A stretch of 62,982 nt of DNA, the filler included, from Licmophora abbreviata (lineage: Eukaryota): assembly GCA_900291995.1 (NCBI GenBank). It is 12 parts of 12 records of this genome, joined end to end, with 100 filler letters (N's around TTAATTAATTAA, not from the genome) between each part and the next. Parts side by side here need not be neighbours in the genome. Positions count along the whole stretch, not along the records: positions 1 to 12,466 come from OLMU01001312.1; positions 12,567 to 14,513 come from OLMU01001316.1; positions 14,614 to 15,908 come from OLMU01001317.1; positions 16,009 to 17,482 come from OLMU01001318.1; positions 17,583 to 19,781 come from OLMU01001319.1; positions 19,882 to 22,677 come from OLMU01001320.1; positions 22,778 to 36,352 come from OLMU01001322.1; 5 more parts are not named here. The stretch is one strand, 5' to 3'. Under the pieces are notes generated by a model. The model had not been told where the DNA came from, did not search any database, and was given only the letters and a program-made list of their open reading frames with translations. Each line of letters opens with the position of its first letter. Within the stretch, counting starts at the first letter, position 1. The position numbers were made by a program, and so were the translations under genes. Shown in pieces: positions 12,211-23,569 of the stretch.

Positions 12211-12963
12211 TGTATCCCGCAACGGACGCAACCTCCTCCTCCCGATCATCGTCGGACACCTCAGCAAGGCCCCGCCGCACCACCACCAGAAGTGAATCGA
12301 CCATGCGAGTAGAGAACAAGCGAAGTCCAGAACCACTGTTGCCCTGTCCCACGGCACCCAAGCGAGCTAGGATGGGTGCTTCGAGCGATGCCGAGTCGCG
12401 GTCGCCGGTGAAGATCCTTGGGCCAACAGAAGATGAGCTACGCGGGATGAACCTTCCACCTCGGACNNNNNNNNNNNNNNNNNNNNNNNNNNNNNNNNNN
12501 NNNNNNNNNNTTAATTAATTAANNNNNNNNNNNNNNNNNNNNNNNNNNNNNNNNNNNNNNNNNNNNGAATGCCGCGAGTGGATTCATGGTCACGACGGCT
12601 TTACTCGATCTAATCCGTCGAGTCCTCCAAAAGCAAACGACCGACGATGGAGGGAAACTTCTTTTGCAATCGAATTGTGAAGATGTTGCCGTCTGGCTTC
12701 GGAACACAGCCTGCCAGGATTCTGGATTTCACATCGACCCTACTGTGGCCTGTCGTGCCAAAACTCCTGCTGACGAGCAGTCCGTCAACACTGACCGAAT
12801 ACCGAAACGAACATTAACCTGGATCGCGATGGGCGGAGAACGGGCGCACGGGGCGGGCTGGAGTACGAAACCTCTGCTTCCTCAATTGGGGCGAACGGAG
12901 ACGGAAGTTGCGTGCACAATGAATGGAACGCCCGTGCATCGCTGTGTTCTCGTTCCTGATTGA
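12211..12963 (+). CDS. Probable TrmB-like SAM-dependent (tRNA m7G46) methyltransferase; middle lost in assembly gap
   Basis: The post-gap frame MVTTALLDLIRRVL...GGKLLLQSNCEDVAVW...TETEVAC..GTPVHR resembles the TrmB C-terminal half. The pre-gap ORF is a low-complexity N-terminus, and linkage across the gap is inferred. Confidence 0.45.
12467..12566. other. Artificial scaffold spacer N44-TTAATTAATTAA-N44 (first of 11; others at 14514, 15909, 17483, 19782, 22678, 36353, 40550, 46671, 55587, 58639, each 100 nt)
   Basis: Identical 100-nt structure each time, with a core that places stop codons in all six frames. Confidence 0.99.
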
Positions 12964-13118
12964 ATCGGAAAGGTACGCTCAGGCATTTTATGTAGGTATC
13001 TCATCGCCTAGCTCGAATGGCGACCAATCTTTTCCCTATGGTATATGGTAAAACGTCTTAATATGTTCGCCTTCAGCGAGCTGGTGTTTGGTACGTTTTC
13101 TTTCTCAGTTGGAGGCAA

Positions 13119-14644
13119 CTACTCAAACTCCCCCAGCTGCTCGGCTTGGTCACTTTCAGCCGCAGGTGCTTTCCTCTTTCCTGACACCGCCTTCGTGATC
13201 ATTCCTTTGAGAGTGCCCTTCTCTAGTGCTGGTACCAGCCCAGGAGTCCCACTAAAGAGACCTCCAATGCTATCTCCACCAATGAACACATGGGGTAGAG
13301 ATGACTGACCTGTCATTTCCAGCAATGCAGCGCGTTTCGCGCTTCCGCCCTTCTCTATCAGGAAAGGCACCCATTCCAGCCCTAAACTGATTTCGGCATA
13401 CTCTACCTCCAAGTTTTCCAACAAGGCCTTCGTCTCGGATGAGAAAGGCGAAAGCTTGTACGTATACACAACGACTGGAGCCTGGGCTATCTCCCGGCTT
13501 ATCAGAGCCTTTGCACGAGCAATATCCGCCTCATAAGAGCTCTTGTCCTCTTCCATGGACCCCGCTTGCAGTGGGGCTAGAGCCGAAAAGACGGGTCTGA
13601 ACAAAGGCAACACAGTATTCGAAACAGCCTGCAGGAGCTCATCTGGCGGTGTCCAGAGGGCGTACGTTTTGTAGAGGTAGCGAATGATGTCCGCGCTCTC
13701 TTGCATTTTCGTATCGGTATTGGGATCAATCAAGAAGGGACACTGAGTCGAGCCACCGGTAGTCGCTGCCAGCTCTTTCCTGCGAGGTGATTCCTTCCCA
13801 GTCGAACGCAGCTCGTAAACGAGGTCCAGTTCTGTCATCACTTCTCGAACCAGTCGACAGAATTGGTTTCCCTCGTACGAGTAGAGAATGAGTTGCTTCT
13901 TTGGACGTGGCACCGATTTCTTGTCGACTGCGGCCGCAGATGCCACCGTGGACCCCTTACCAAGCCGTAGCGCAACAGCAACATAGCCACCGACTGTTGT
14001 AAGCGCTCTCACTACCGTTTTTTTAACTTTTTGATTGTCATCGTCGTCAAGGTCAGCTGGGTAGACAAAACAGGCATTCAGGTACGACACGATTTTCTCA
14101 CTACCTACGACAGCACGCTGATCGCCCGATTCTTCCACAACCACGAGCCGCGGAATCTCCGATTCTGCTGGAAGGAAGTGTTCATAGTCCTTATCTACAA
14201 AGGTTCGTGAATTCTTGGCTGACGGAACAATCTTTTCTACCACGAGATCGAGCTCGGTGATACGCTCACGGACAGCCCTGCAGGCAGTTGAAGCTTCAAC
14301 ATCGTACAAGACAACGAGCCGAGGCGGCTTCTCAAGTCTCTTAAGCTCGGAGGTGACGGTCACGCCATGTGGGAGCCGACAGATGCTAGCAAGGCCAGAA
14401 GTGACGGTATCCGACAGACTAGGCACAGACATATCCAATCTGAATCGGGAGGCTCTGGTCCGACGCAAAGACTTTTTGGGAAGTGAAGGGAGCGCTGGTG
14501 AAAAGCTGAATGCNNNNNNNNNNNNNNNNNNNNNNNNNNNNNNNNNNNNNNNNNNNNTTAATTAATTAANNNNNNNNNNNNNNNNNNNNNNNNNNNNNNN
14601 NNNNNNNNNNNNNGACACATGACAAAAAGAGAGACAATCCGCAT
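13119..14644 (-). CDS. Plastid-targeted multi-domain thioredoxin-fold protein (two GST-N-like domains + glutaredoxin-like domain); spans gap 14514-14613
   Basis: LYDVEASTACRAVRE, LYSYEGNQFCRLVRE..QCPFLIDPN..ESADII, and TGQSSLPHVFIGGDSIGG. MRIVSLFVMC (ATG 14644) lies before the gap and AFSFSPA after it, forming a bipartite presequence. Confidence 0.8.
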
Positions 14645-15207
14645 GGTTCTTCAGTCAAATGAGAGCTAAATGCCTTCAAAACACGCTACATCGAACGGGC
14701 CGTTCACTCTCATGAAATCCCATTGCAGAGATGATCCTGAGATCGCACCACCGCGCGATCTTTTCCGAGTCGGAGGAGTCAGTTGAGTGTGTACCCGGTA
14801 TAGTACGGGAATTGGAACTGTGGACCTACCGGTACCCCGGCGGTATGCACCATTGTACCGGTACAGTCTGTACCTGTATTGAAACGCTACTCGATCGGCG
14901 ACTGAGGGAAGTCCAGTTCATATCCGCAAGGCTCTACAACGCTCGCTCTTCTGGGTTCCTGTCCTCGCTACTGCAATCCTGGTTCAGAGAAGTGGACTTC
15001 ATGTCCGGCAACCTTTGGCTTTGAGGGAGAACCAAACACCAACCCGCCTAGTGCTCTACCGAAAAAGTTATAAGCAAGCGAACCTCTGTAGACAATGCCA
15101 AGCTAAACAAGTCTTTACAAACTACCGTAGTCTTCAGTTGTGGCGAACAGCCCCCCCCCTGAGACATAGTATCGTCCAGAGTCGAGCAGCAAGACAGACT
15201 CCCTCCT

Positions 15208-15891
15208 CTACTGATCCGTAGTGTCAGTCGGAGCATCAACAGTCTCAGTGCCTACAGGCGAGATGGTCCTGGCCTTCTTGGCAGGAATCGACTCGTTAGA
15301 GACACCAGTGCTGCCGAATCCAGCGGCACCACGGGCCGTATCATCCAATTCTTCCACCTGCGCGGCCAGAACCATGGACACTTGCTCCAAAATGAGCTGT
15401 GCCACGCGATCTCCCTTGTTGACGACAAAGTCATCGTCCCCAAAGTTGAAGAGGACGACACCCACCGGACCGCGGTAGTCCGCATCGACCACACCGGCTC
15501 CGACGTCAATGCCCTTTTTCACCGCAAGTCCGCTGCGAGGAGCAATGCGAGCGTACGTGCCAGCCGGACACGCGATGGAGAGATCCGTCTTGACGAGTCC
15601 ACGGGCCTTGGCTTTGATGACAGTATCTTCGGAAGAAGCCAGATCGAAGCCGGCGGAGAGTTCCGATCCCTTGGTGGGCATGGTGGCATTTTCACTCAAG
15701 AGTTTGACTTGAAGGACGGCGGCGTTGTCAGTGGTGGAAGACATGTTGTTGAACAAGACGAAACTGGTAAAGACAGATCGGGAAACAAAGGCAGGAGACA
15801 CAATGGTGGTTCTGAGAGGAGGAGTTGAGAGTGGAGCAGAGAAGCGAATCAAGGGATAAACGCAACGACGAATCAACACGGGGCGCATCAA
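15208..15891 (-). CDS. DUT: dUTP pyrophosphatase (trimeric dUTPase) with N-terminal extension
   Basis: Motifs [40 protein letters not shown]. Confidence 0.97.
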   Translation of the reverse strand: MMRPVLIRRCVYPLIRFSAPLSTPPLRTTIVSPAFVSRSVFTSFVLFNNMSSTTDNAAVLQVKLLSENATMPTKGSELSAGFDLASSEDTVIKAKARGLVKTDLSIACPAGTYARIAPRSGLAVKKGIDVGAGVVDADYRGPVGVVLFNFGDDDFVVNKGDRVAQLILEQVSMVLAAQVEELDDTARGAAGFGSTGVSNESIPAKKARTISPVGTETVDAPTDTTDQ

Positions 15892-16402
15892 TGAATGTGG
15901 TCAGGTATNNNNNNNNNNNNNNNNNNNNNNNNNNNNNNNNNNNNNNNNNNNNTTAATTAATTAANNNNNNNNNNNNNNNNNNNNNNNNNNNNNNNNNNNN
16001 NNNNNNNNGGTACCGTCTCCGGTACGTCGTACTCCGAGTATCCGAGATCTATTCCTCATCGAGGAACGGCCTCCAATGAAGAAAGCACAGCGTTTCATCG
16101 TCGATTCTAGACGTATTAGGCGGCCCGCCTGTGACAAAGGGACGTCTTCCATCTGTAAGGGAGGCATTGCAAAGAAGTAACACGAATACTCTCTAGAGAG
16201 ACAATTACCGTAGAGAGGGACGTCGATGTACGACCTACCACTTGCACGAGCAGAGTACCATGCCACGTGCCGCCTTCATTTGATGCCTCCGAATCAAGTT
16301 GACTCCACCTTAGAGCAGAAGAATTGTTCTCCTAGTAGTCTATGTGTATGTACTATTCCATTCGTCTTGGCCTGTAATATCAGTCTGACCATACTTCGCC
16401 AT

Positions 16403-18441
16403 TCAGGTAGCAGGCACATTGGCGCCAACTCTGTAGGGCGCCGTATCTTCATTCACCCCTACAGCTGTTCCGTCACTCGTACCCTGTTCTTCGTTCACCA
16501 GCGGTTCTGCAGCATCTGTCTCGTGTCCGCCGTCTCCAACTTTACCCTCATCGACTTGCTTCTCGTCGATGCCACTGGCATCGCCTTCCTTTTCGTCCTT
16601 CCCACCATTCGTCGTGCCCTCTCCAACCTCAACATCTTCTTCTTCGTCTTGGTCATGCTCCTGATTACTTTCCAGCGGCGGCAACAACCACTTCACGTTC
16701 CCCGAGGAAGTCGACGGGTCGCGGGCATATCCCGCCTCCAACATGCATTTCCGGACCTTGGCCTGATAAGTCGCCATTTCTACCCTCGACAAGATCTCCT
16801 CTACCCATCCTCCAAAGTGACTATCCTCCATCCACTTGGTGATGTCAATGCGCTGCAGGTGTCCTTTCTCAGCCTGCAAGTTGCGAATTGTCTCGTCTTG
16901 CGCCGCTTCCGTAACTGCGCGAAGCGTCAGCTCCCGACTGATCTGCTTCGTCTCCCTCCCCTCCCATAGACCTGCTTCGATTGCTTCAAAAAACGCATCC
17001 AAGAGATCTTGTGTAGAGGCATTCGGAATATCAATCTTGGCAGATTCTTTCTTTGCTTCTTCATCATCATCCCCCTCTTTTTCACCGCTGCTAGCGTCTC
17101 TTTCATCACCCTTATCATCCAGAGAGGGTAAGAACCACCGCATACTGACACCACTAGTTGCTGGATCGTGAACATAGCCCGCCGCCAGCATGCTCTTTCG
17201 AATTTTGCCTTGATATGTCGAAGTCTCGATCCTTGACGTGGTCTCATCGACAACCCCACGAAAGACCTCCGACTGCTCCAACCACTGAATAATGGCGCTG
17301 CGCGGTACACTTCCACCCTCGTGCGGCACTTGCCGGAGTCCCTCATCTCTTGCCGCAGCCTTGACAGCACGCACTAGTAGTTCGCTCGTAATTTGTTTCG
17401 TCTGCATACTATCCCACTGATTCGCATCAATCGCTTCCGCGAACGCGTCTAATAATTGTTGTGTGGATGATGTGGAAACGTGNNNNNNNNNNNNNNNNNN
17501 NNNNNNNNNNNNNNNNNNNNNNNNNNTTAATTAATTAANNNNNNNNNNNNNNNNNNNNNNNNNNNNNNNNNNNNNNNNNNNNATCGCTTCCGCGAACGCG
17601 TCTAATAATTGTTGTGTGGATGATGTGGAAACGTGAATTTTGGTCTTCACCGAGACCTTCGGCCGTTGCGCGGGAAGGGGACGGGCCTCTCGAAAGACTG
17701 GGTTAGGTACATCGATGGTTGTGGCGCCTGTGGTTTCGCCGGACGGCAGCAAGAAGTGTAGATAAAACGTACTAATCCGAATGTTGGATCCATCCTTGAG
17801 TATGGCCATCTGTCCTTGTTCGACGCGTTGTCTGTCGACTGTAATGCGATTCTTTCCCAGACACTCAATCGCAAAGAATCCTTGAGACGGAAGTGCATGC
17901 TTGCCCTGTCCAATGACCTTCAGTTTGGTTAACTTGGCCTTTTTCGGAGGCGGGAGGTAGGTGAGGTGATCTTGATTGTTGTTGTACTGTCCGAGTTTGC
18001 CGCCATAAGGATCCGCAATGTAGGAAATTCGACACTGCTGTCGACTCAGAGCTTTGGGATGACCTAGACCAATAAAGGATTCGTCGTTGGTTTCGTGTGA
18101 CCGTCCCAGAGTCGATGGAAGGTGCGTCACTGGAATGTTGAAAACGCGACGCTTGCTCGTGTCGCCATGGGGATCCTGGAAGAAAAGATGGAAGAAGGGG
18201 TCAGTGGACTTTTACAGGCAACAGTATTAAAGAACCAGCAACAGCAAAGTAAGGAGAATTTCTTTACCAGAAAGATGCCGGAGAGAAGCGCAAAACAGGG
18301 TGTCTCGACAGTGCCACCAATCGTGGGATGCCATCCTTCGGCGTCGTCGCCAGCAGCATGTTCTTCTTGCAGTCGTTCTGGCACAGTATTCTCATTGGCG
18401 TCCGACCGATCCGGACTGGGTGGTATCACGATAGTTTCCAT
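16403..18441 (-). CDS. FHA-domain protein followed by two tandem ~115-aa domains and an acidic tail (intron 18267-18176; gap 17483-17582 closes)
   Basis: FALLSG..STLGR..KALSRQQCRI..IECLGKNRITVD..LKDGSNIRI is an FHA fold of the Fhl1/FHA2 type. The gap flanks overlap exactly by 53 nt (17430-17482 = 17583-17635), giving a continuous frame. Confidence 0.75.
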
Positions 18442-18632
18442 TGTAATAACAAGAGAAACAGAGCAACGATGACTAGGTGGATTGATTCTGCCGTCACGTA
18501 ATTGTTGCTCATGGTTCATGGTCGACAGTCACACCGAGACTATGAGCTCGTGCTCCGGGTTATTTTAGGTTGAGTTTTGTACGACACGCGCGATTTACGG
18601 TCGGCGACCAGACCGGCCGTTCAAGTTTTAAG

Positions 18633-18654
18633 TTTTGGCGCCAAAAATTTTGAA
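18633..18654. promoter_or_regulatory. E2F-like palindrome TTTTGGCGCCAAAA plus adjacent CHR-like TTTGAA in the FHA/GEN1 divergent promoter
   Basis: Perfect 14-bp palindrome at 18633-18646 matching TTTSSCGC on both strands, and TTTGAA at 18649-18654. Confidence 0.5.
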
Positions 18655-18782
18655 ATCAGTTTCGTTTTCGGCATGACAAGGCACTCGCAAACGGCCACAA
18701 CACGCAAAACGTTTGACAACGCCCCCCCCCCCCCATACTTCTTGCTCACTTGAAGGCTCGACGGATCGATTTGATATCCACA

Positions 18783-21253
18783 ATGACTGTGAATTCGCTT
18801 TGGAAGGTGTTGGATGGTGCCGACTGCGGAACAGCCATCGGGGCCCGGGAACTGATTGATCGCAACGCACCCAGGCGAGAATCGATCGATCCCTGGAGCT
18901 GCAATGAAGTTAATCGACGCCCACCACCTCCACCCCAAGATCGAACAGCGCTTGCTGTCGATCTTTCCATTTGGATCTGCGAAGGTCTTGGGTCGACAGC
19001 CTTGTCAATGAGCAACGCGAATCCAGCCGTGTACCTCGTTTTCACTCGAACGCTTCGACTTCTCCAAATGGGCATAAAGCTCATCGCCGTCGTCGAAGGC
19101 AAGCGTCGTGTGAGACGTTCTGGTGACAAAATTGACTCTTTTCACAAGCGTCGTAGTGGAACGGCTTTCTGGAAAGCCTGCAGAGAGAGCGAAGAGATGC
19201 TGCGAAATCTTGGCGTTCCGGTCTTTCGCGCAACGGCCGAGGGTGAGGCACTCTGCGCACTACTCAACCAGAAGGGTATTGTCGATGGAGTAATCTCAAA
19301 CGATGGGGACTGTCTCCTATTCGGCGCAAAGGTTGTTTACACCCGCTTCTCGATCGAGAATCTTGAGAAAGGCCAGGTGATAAAGTACGAAGCATCCAAT
19401 TCCCGCGCGTTGATTGAAGAAATGGAAGACGGCAAGGCCATCAACGCTGACAAGAGCGACCAGATCGGTACTGTTTCTCTGAGTCGCGAAGATCTAATTG
19501 CATTTGCCTTGCTCACTGGAAGCGATCTAGCTGGTGATGGCCTGCCAAAAGTCGGACATAAGAAAGCCATACGCTTCATTCGCAAGTGCAAACTTGACTT
19601 CCCGTTGTCACAGGACACCGCGGCTATCGACGAACTAAAGTCGTGGGCGCGCAGTGCAGCGATCTCCGGAGCGCCCAACCAGGCGTGTGAGAATGTCATA
19701 GGACGGTGCTGCTCAAATTGTACGCATCCCGGCGACAAGCGAAGCCACGAGAAATACGGCTGCCAAGAATGCGGCACGGCGNNNNNNNNNNNNNNNNNNN
19801 NNNNNNNNNNNNNNNNNNNNNNNNNTTAATTAATTAANNNNNNNNNNNNNNNNNNNNNNNNNNNNNNNNNNNNNNNNNNNNCACGGCGCCGGGCGAGCCA
19901 TGCCTTCGAATTTCGACCGATGATAGATTCCGCAAGTCACTCCGTTCCAAAGCGCTTGCTATGGAGCCCACCTTCGACGCCGTTCAGGTCTTGGATGCGT
20001 ACATGAAACCCAACAGTACTCAAGTTCCGGTCACTGTTGCAGGACAGACAGCTCGGTCAATCTCGATGAATTACCCTCGAATCAGAGACATGCTGCGACA
20101 CCCCTTCATCGTCAAAGGTCAAAGCATCCAGGCCAGTCGTGAGTACATCAAGCAGTCGCTGCCGCGACTTCTTGCTCGCAGAACTCTCTTCGACCAGATC
20201 AAGGCGAGCAAGGCAGCCTGCGACAAACGAATCCGTCTCAGTCGAGAGCGTCCTGTTCCCATCGGTATCACCCGTAGATTGGTGCAGCACAACGTCTCTT
20301 GCTTCGAGCTCACCTGGTCGGTCAGCGCCACCGTGACAGACAACGACGGAAACGGCGTCGACGGCTACATTTTCTCGACCACAGAAGAGCAAACCCTCAT
20401 TGAGGAGAAATATCCGGAGCTCGTTAACTCCTTCCTCGAAATGGAGAAAGAAAATGAAAGGCAAGGAGATGCTGAAGTCAAACGCCGTCGTAGCTTCTTA
20501 CTCCAGATTCTGAAACCACTGGACGCTAACGACGCCATCGAAGAACACGAAACCGAAGACAAAGGACAAAAGCGAGTAGGCCGCCCTTCGAAGAAAAGAC
20601 GAGCCGACTTCTTTGAGCGCAAGCTTGCACAGAGCGATCGCATGCAGCATGGGAAGACACCTATTCGCAACCAGTCGGCTGGCGATGACGTACAGAAACT
20701 CATGCTCTTTGCGAATATCGCCATAGACGAGCAAGAAGATGAACTCGACCCAATCGAAGAAGAGAGTCTCACCTCGACGGCAGAAGAATCCATCTCTACT
20801 AAATATTCGCTCGAGAAGCATCCAGTGCAATCTCGGCGTCTGAGACGACGACTAGCGGCAAAATGGATCGAAACCGAAGCGCCAATCCCGAAGGTAATCA
20901 AGATTCCAGCTAGTCGTCCTGAGGACCGAGAAGACAGGGTGACGAAATCACACCAAACAAAGCCTGTGGCACAAGAGCTGCATGAAGATGACCACCGCCT
21001 CGAGATGCCCAGTGAAAAAGAGGGTAGCGCTCAGCCAAAAAAATGCGTCGGAGACGGACATTCCTCCGTCGAGGAGGTCGTGACGACCAGTCAACCAAAG
21101 TGGTCCGACTGTGCAACCCCCAGAGTCCCCCACGCCCAGCTTCCCACCTTAACCCCAGGGAACCAGCACATGGTCACTTGTGACATGGGGATTCACGTCA
21201 AAGTTACGCCTCTAGTGTCTCGAAGATCATTCTTGGCACAAGCAAGATTCTGA
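18783..21253 (+). CDS. GEN1: GEN1-type Holliday junction resolvase (XPG/Rad2 family); gap 19782-19881 closes
   Basis: MTVNSLW, LAVDLSIW, AEGEALCA, SNDGDCLLFGA, LLTGSD, a GEN1-like CSNCTHPG..H..GCQEC motif and a chromodomain-like PIGITRRLVQHNVSCFELTW. A 7-nt flank overlap (CACGGCG) restores the frame. Confidence 0.88.
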
Positions 21254-21275
21254 ACACCTTGCAGTGAACACGGAT

Positions 21276-22016
21276 TTAGCCCCGCTGATCAAGAAGGATT
21301 TCTCCAGAAGAGCTGGTAGCATGCGAGAAGTAGACGATTGGTAGGATACCTTTGCCATTTGTACCCGCTGTCAGTAGCACCCCATTTTCGCTTTCAAAGA
21401 ACTCTATTTCGTCCTTGGCGCATCTTTCACCATTGACAAACACGTAGACTTGGCACGTCTTGCGCATGCCCGAAATCACTCGCTTGTCTTTGGGAAGACC
21501 CTTGGCGAAATGAATATGATTTCTCGTCATTCTCGATAAGCCTTCAGTCTGGATGTGCTTCTCCCATGGATCAATAAAGGTCCCGTGCACAATCGTGAGT
21601 TCACGGAGCTCTTCCGGTGACACCCGTCTCAAGAGAAGATTAGGATCGATGCCTTGGATCGAGTGTCCCTGATTGGCCCGAATACATAGCACAGACTCTC
21701 CCTTCACTAATCGCATTGAAAGTTTGAAACGCTGCTTATCATTGGTCTCCACGACGCGTCGCACGTCCTCTTCTGTGAAGCCTCCCATGCGAGAACATTG
21801 CATCACATCGGCTAGAGGGACAAAGCCGTCTGGTGCCATTTCGAGTCCCAATTCGGGTGCGGCGTGTCGGAGAATCCGAGAGAGGAGATGGGAGAGCTTT
21901 TTCAAGTTCGGAGCCTTCTTGATCATGGGAGAGGCGCGAGACGAGGCGTCTACGTTGCTGCTGTTGGTGTCCGCCATGGTCGATGATGAATGTGAGTTGA
22001 CGGCCTCGAGATTCAA
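21276..22016 (-). CDS. TPT1: tRNA 2'-phosphotransferase (Tpt1/KptA)
   Basis: Motifs LSRILRH, NDKQRF, IRANQGHS, VHGT, RNHIHF, SGMR, SENGVLLT. Confidence 0.95.
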   Translation of the reverse strand: MNLEAVNSHSSSTMADTNSSNVDASSRASPMIKKAPNLKKLSHLLSRILRHAAPELGLEMAPDGFVPLADVMQCSRMGGFTEEDVRRVVETNDKQRFKLSMRLVKGESVLCIRANQGHSIQGIDPNLLLRRVSPEELRELTIVHGTFIDPWEKHIQTEGLSRMTRNHIHFAKGLPKDKRVISGMRKTCQVYVFVNGERCAKDEIEFFESENGVLLTAGTNGKGILPIVYFSHATSSSGEILLDQRG

Positions 22017-22042
22017 GATGCAGATTATCCCATGTTTGAGTT

Positions 22043-22148
22043 ACTAAGTGTCGTACTTAATGTAAAGCACGACTGGGTGCGCAAGCAGTTGACGAACTAA
22101 GTGTCGTACTTAATGGAAAGCACGACTGGGTGCGCAAGCAGTTGACGA
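22043..22148. repeat. 53-bp direct tandem duplication (2 copies, 1 mismatch)
   Basis: ACTAAGTGTCGTACTTAATG(T/G)AAAGCACGACTGGGTGCGCAAGCAGTTGACGA at 22043-22095 and 22096-22148. Confidence 0.95.
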
Positions 22149-22429
22149 CTGATGCACAGGCCGTTTGGAGGGGGTACGAGCATGACATACGTCGTGATCG
22201 TGATACAGAGCCAATGACTCTAGACAACTGATGAGTTCGCTTAGAATGTTTCCAGTATGGGAACCCAAGTAGTCACTAAAACCTGTTTACAAGTACGTAC
22301 TTTTACAATGAAAATTGCAACACGGAGATGGTCGGTGTGCACCAGATGACGGGGAACAGCACTTCTCCTTCAGAAAAATCGGAGAGCGCTTAGCCAAAAC
22401 TGTCAATCTAGACAGAACGAAGATCCAGA

Positions 22430-23027
22430 TTAGGCGTCGATCTCGATTTGCGACATGTCATCAGCGTTGACAGCGGCCTTGGCATCCTCGTCTGGCTCAG
22501 GAACGGCAAGGGTGGCACTCTGCTTCTCGACCTCCGAGTCTTGACCAAAGAAAAGACCGGCATGTCCCTTGATCACGATGAAGGCACTCAACAGTGAAGA
22601 TCCGAGGATAGTGCAGCCCATGAGGATGAAGGCCGACTCGTAGCTAAGCTGACGGAATCCCAATCCGAAACCGACTGNNNNNNNNNNNNNNNNNNNNNNN
22701 NNNNNNNNNNNNNNNNNNNNNTTAATTAATTAANNNNNNNNNNNNNNNNNNNNNNNNNNNNNNNNNNNNNNNNNNNNGCACAGCTTGATCTCATCGGCCT
22801 TGTCATCCTGGTCGGGGTCAACCTGAAGCTGGTACGTCTGGTACTTTTTGATCTCCTGGGGCTGTATGTGGCAAAGGCAGGAGAGATTGTGAGCGAGGTG
22901 GGTATGGCTGTGGTCATAAGGGGATACCTGGTACAGAGAACTGTCACGCTGCTACCATTACCGTATTGGTCGTCATTCCAGTCAGAAGTGAGAAACTTAC
23001 CGCGCCCTGATCGATTTCAGTGGTCAT
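22430..23027 (-). CDS. NRT2: High-affinity nitrate transporter NRT2; only the N- and C-termini are assembled (intron 23000-22862)
   Basis: Spliced N-terminus MTTEIDQGA|PQEIKKYQTYQLQVDPDQDDKADEIKLC before the gap. C-terminus VGFGLGFRQLSYESAFILMGCTILGSSLLSAFIVIKGH after it. Confidence 0.85.
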
Positions 23028-23569
23028 CTTGCTTGTCTTTGAAAAAATTGAAGGTTGCAGGGTAAGAGCAGAAGTGCAGTGGTGATATGATCACTCCAAA
23101 CGAAATTGTGAGCGAAGATAGGATGTCGACAGTGTCGCGGTTGCGGGAAGAAAGAGAGAGGAAGACACCAAAAGTTCGGGAGTTTTGAGATAACAAGGCG
23201 TGGCAAAACTTCCCAGCGTGAGTGGTATAGAATATGGATTAAGATGTAAGTTTTTTGATCAATTGAAGGATGGGGATGCGGGTGACGCTGGCAAAGCTTC
23301 AGGAACAACTACGTCATCATTACATAACGACGTCTCCGTTGTTTGGCAGTTCGGAATCGGATGCTTGCAGCTTCCCGCCGCAGACGCAGCCGGCCCGGTA
23401 GAGAGATTTGTTAGCTACAGTGGCCTACTTGGATTGGTTGCACGACAAAAGCTCTATCATACAGGGGCTTTAGCGCCGATAGGTCACGTTAAGTCTCCAG
23501 AACTTAACAGGAACGTTCTTCTGTCAAACTTACAAAGAAGCGAACAACCACCCAATCAATGATATTGGT

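Noticed and set aside
14731..15200. Short ORFs between the Trx-fold gene and dUTPase
   Set aside because: No motifs; the region looks like promoter and 3' UTR sequence.
17430..17635. 53-nt direct repeat around the gap as a real duplication
   Set aside because: It is an exact contig-end overlap, and merging restores one reading frame.
22043..22148. Possible CRISPR repeat or LTR
   Set aside because: Two abutting copies with no spacer, no cas genes and no transposon ORFs.
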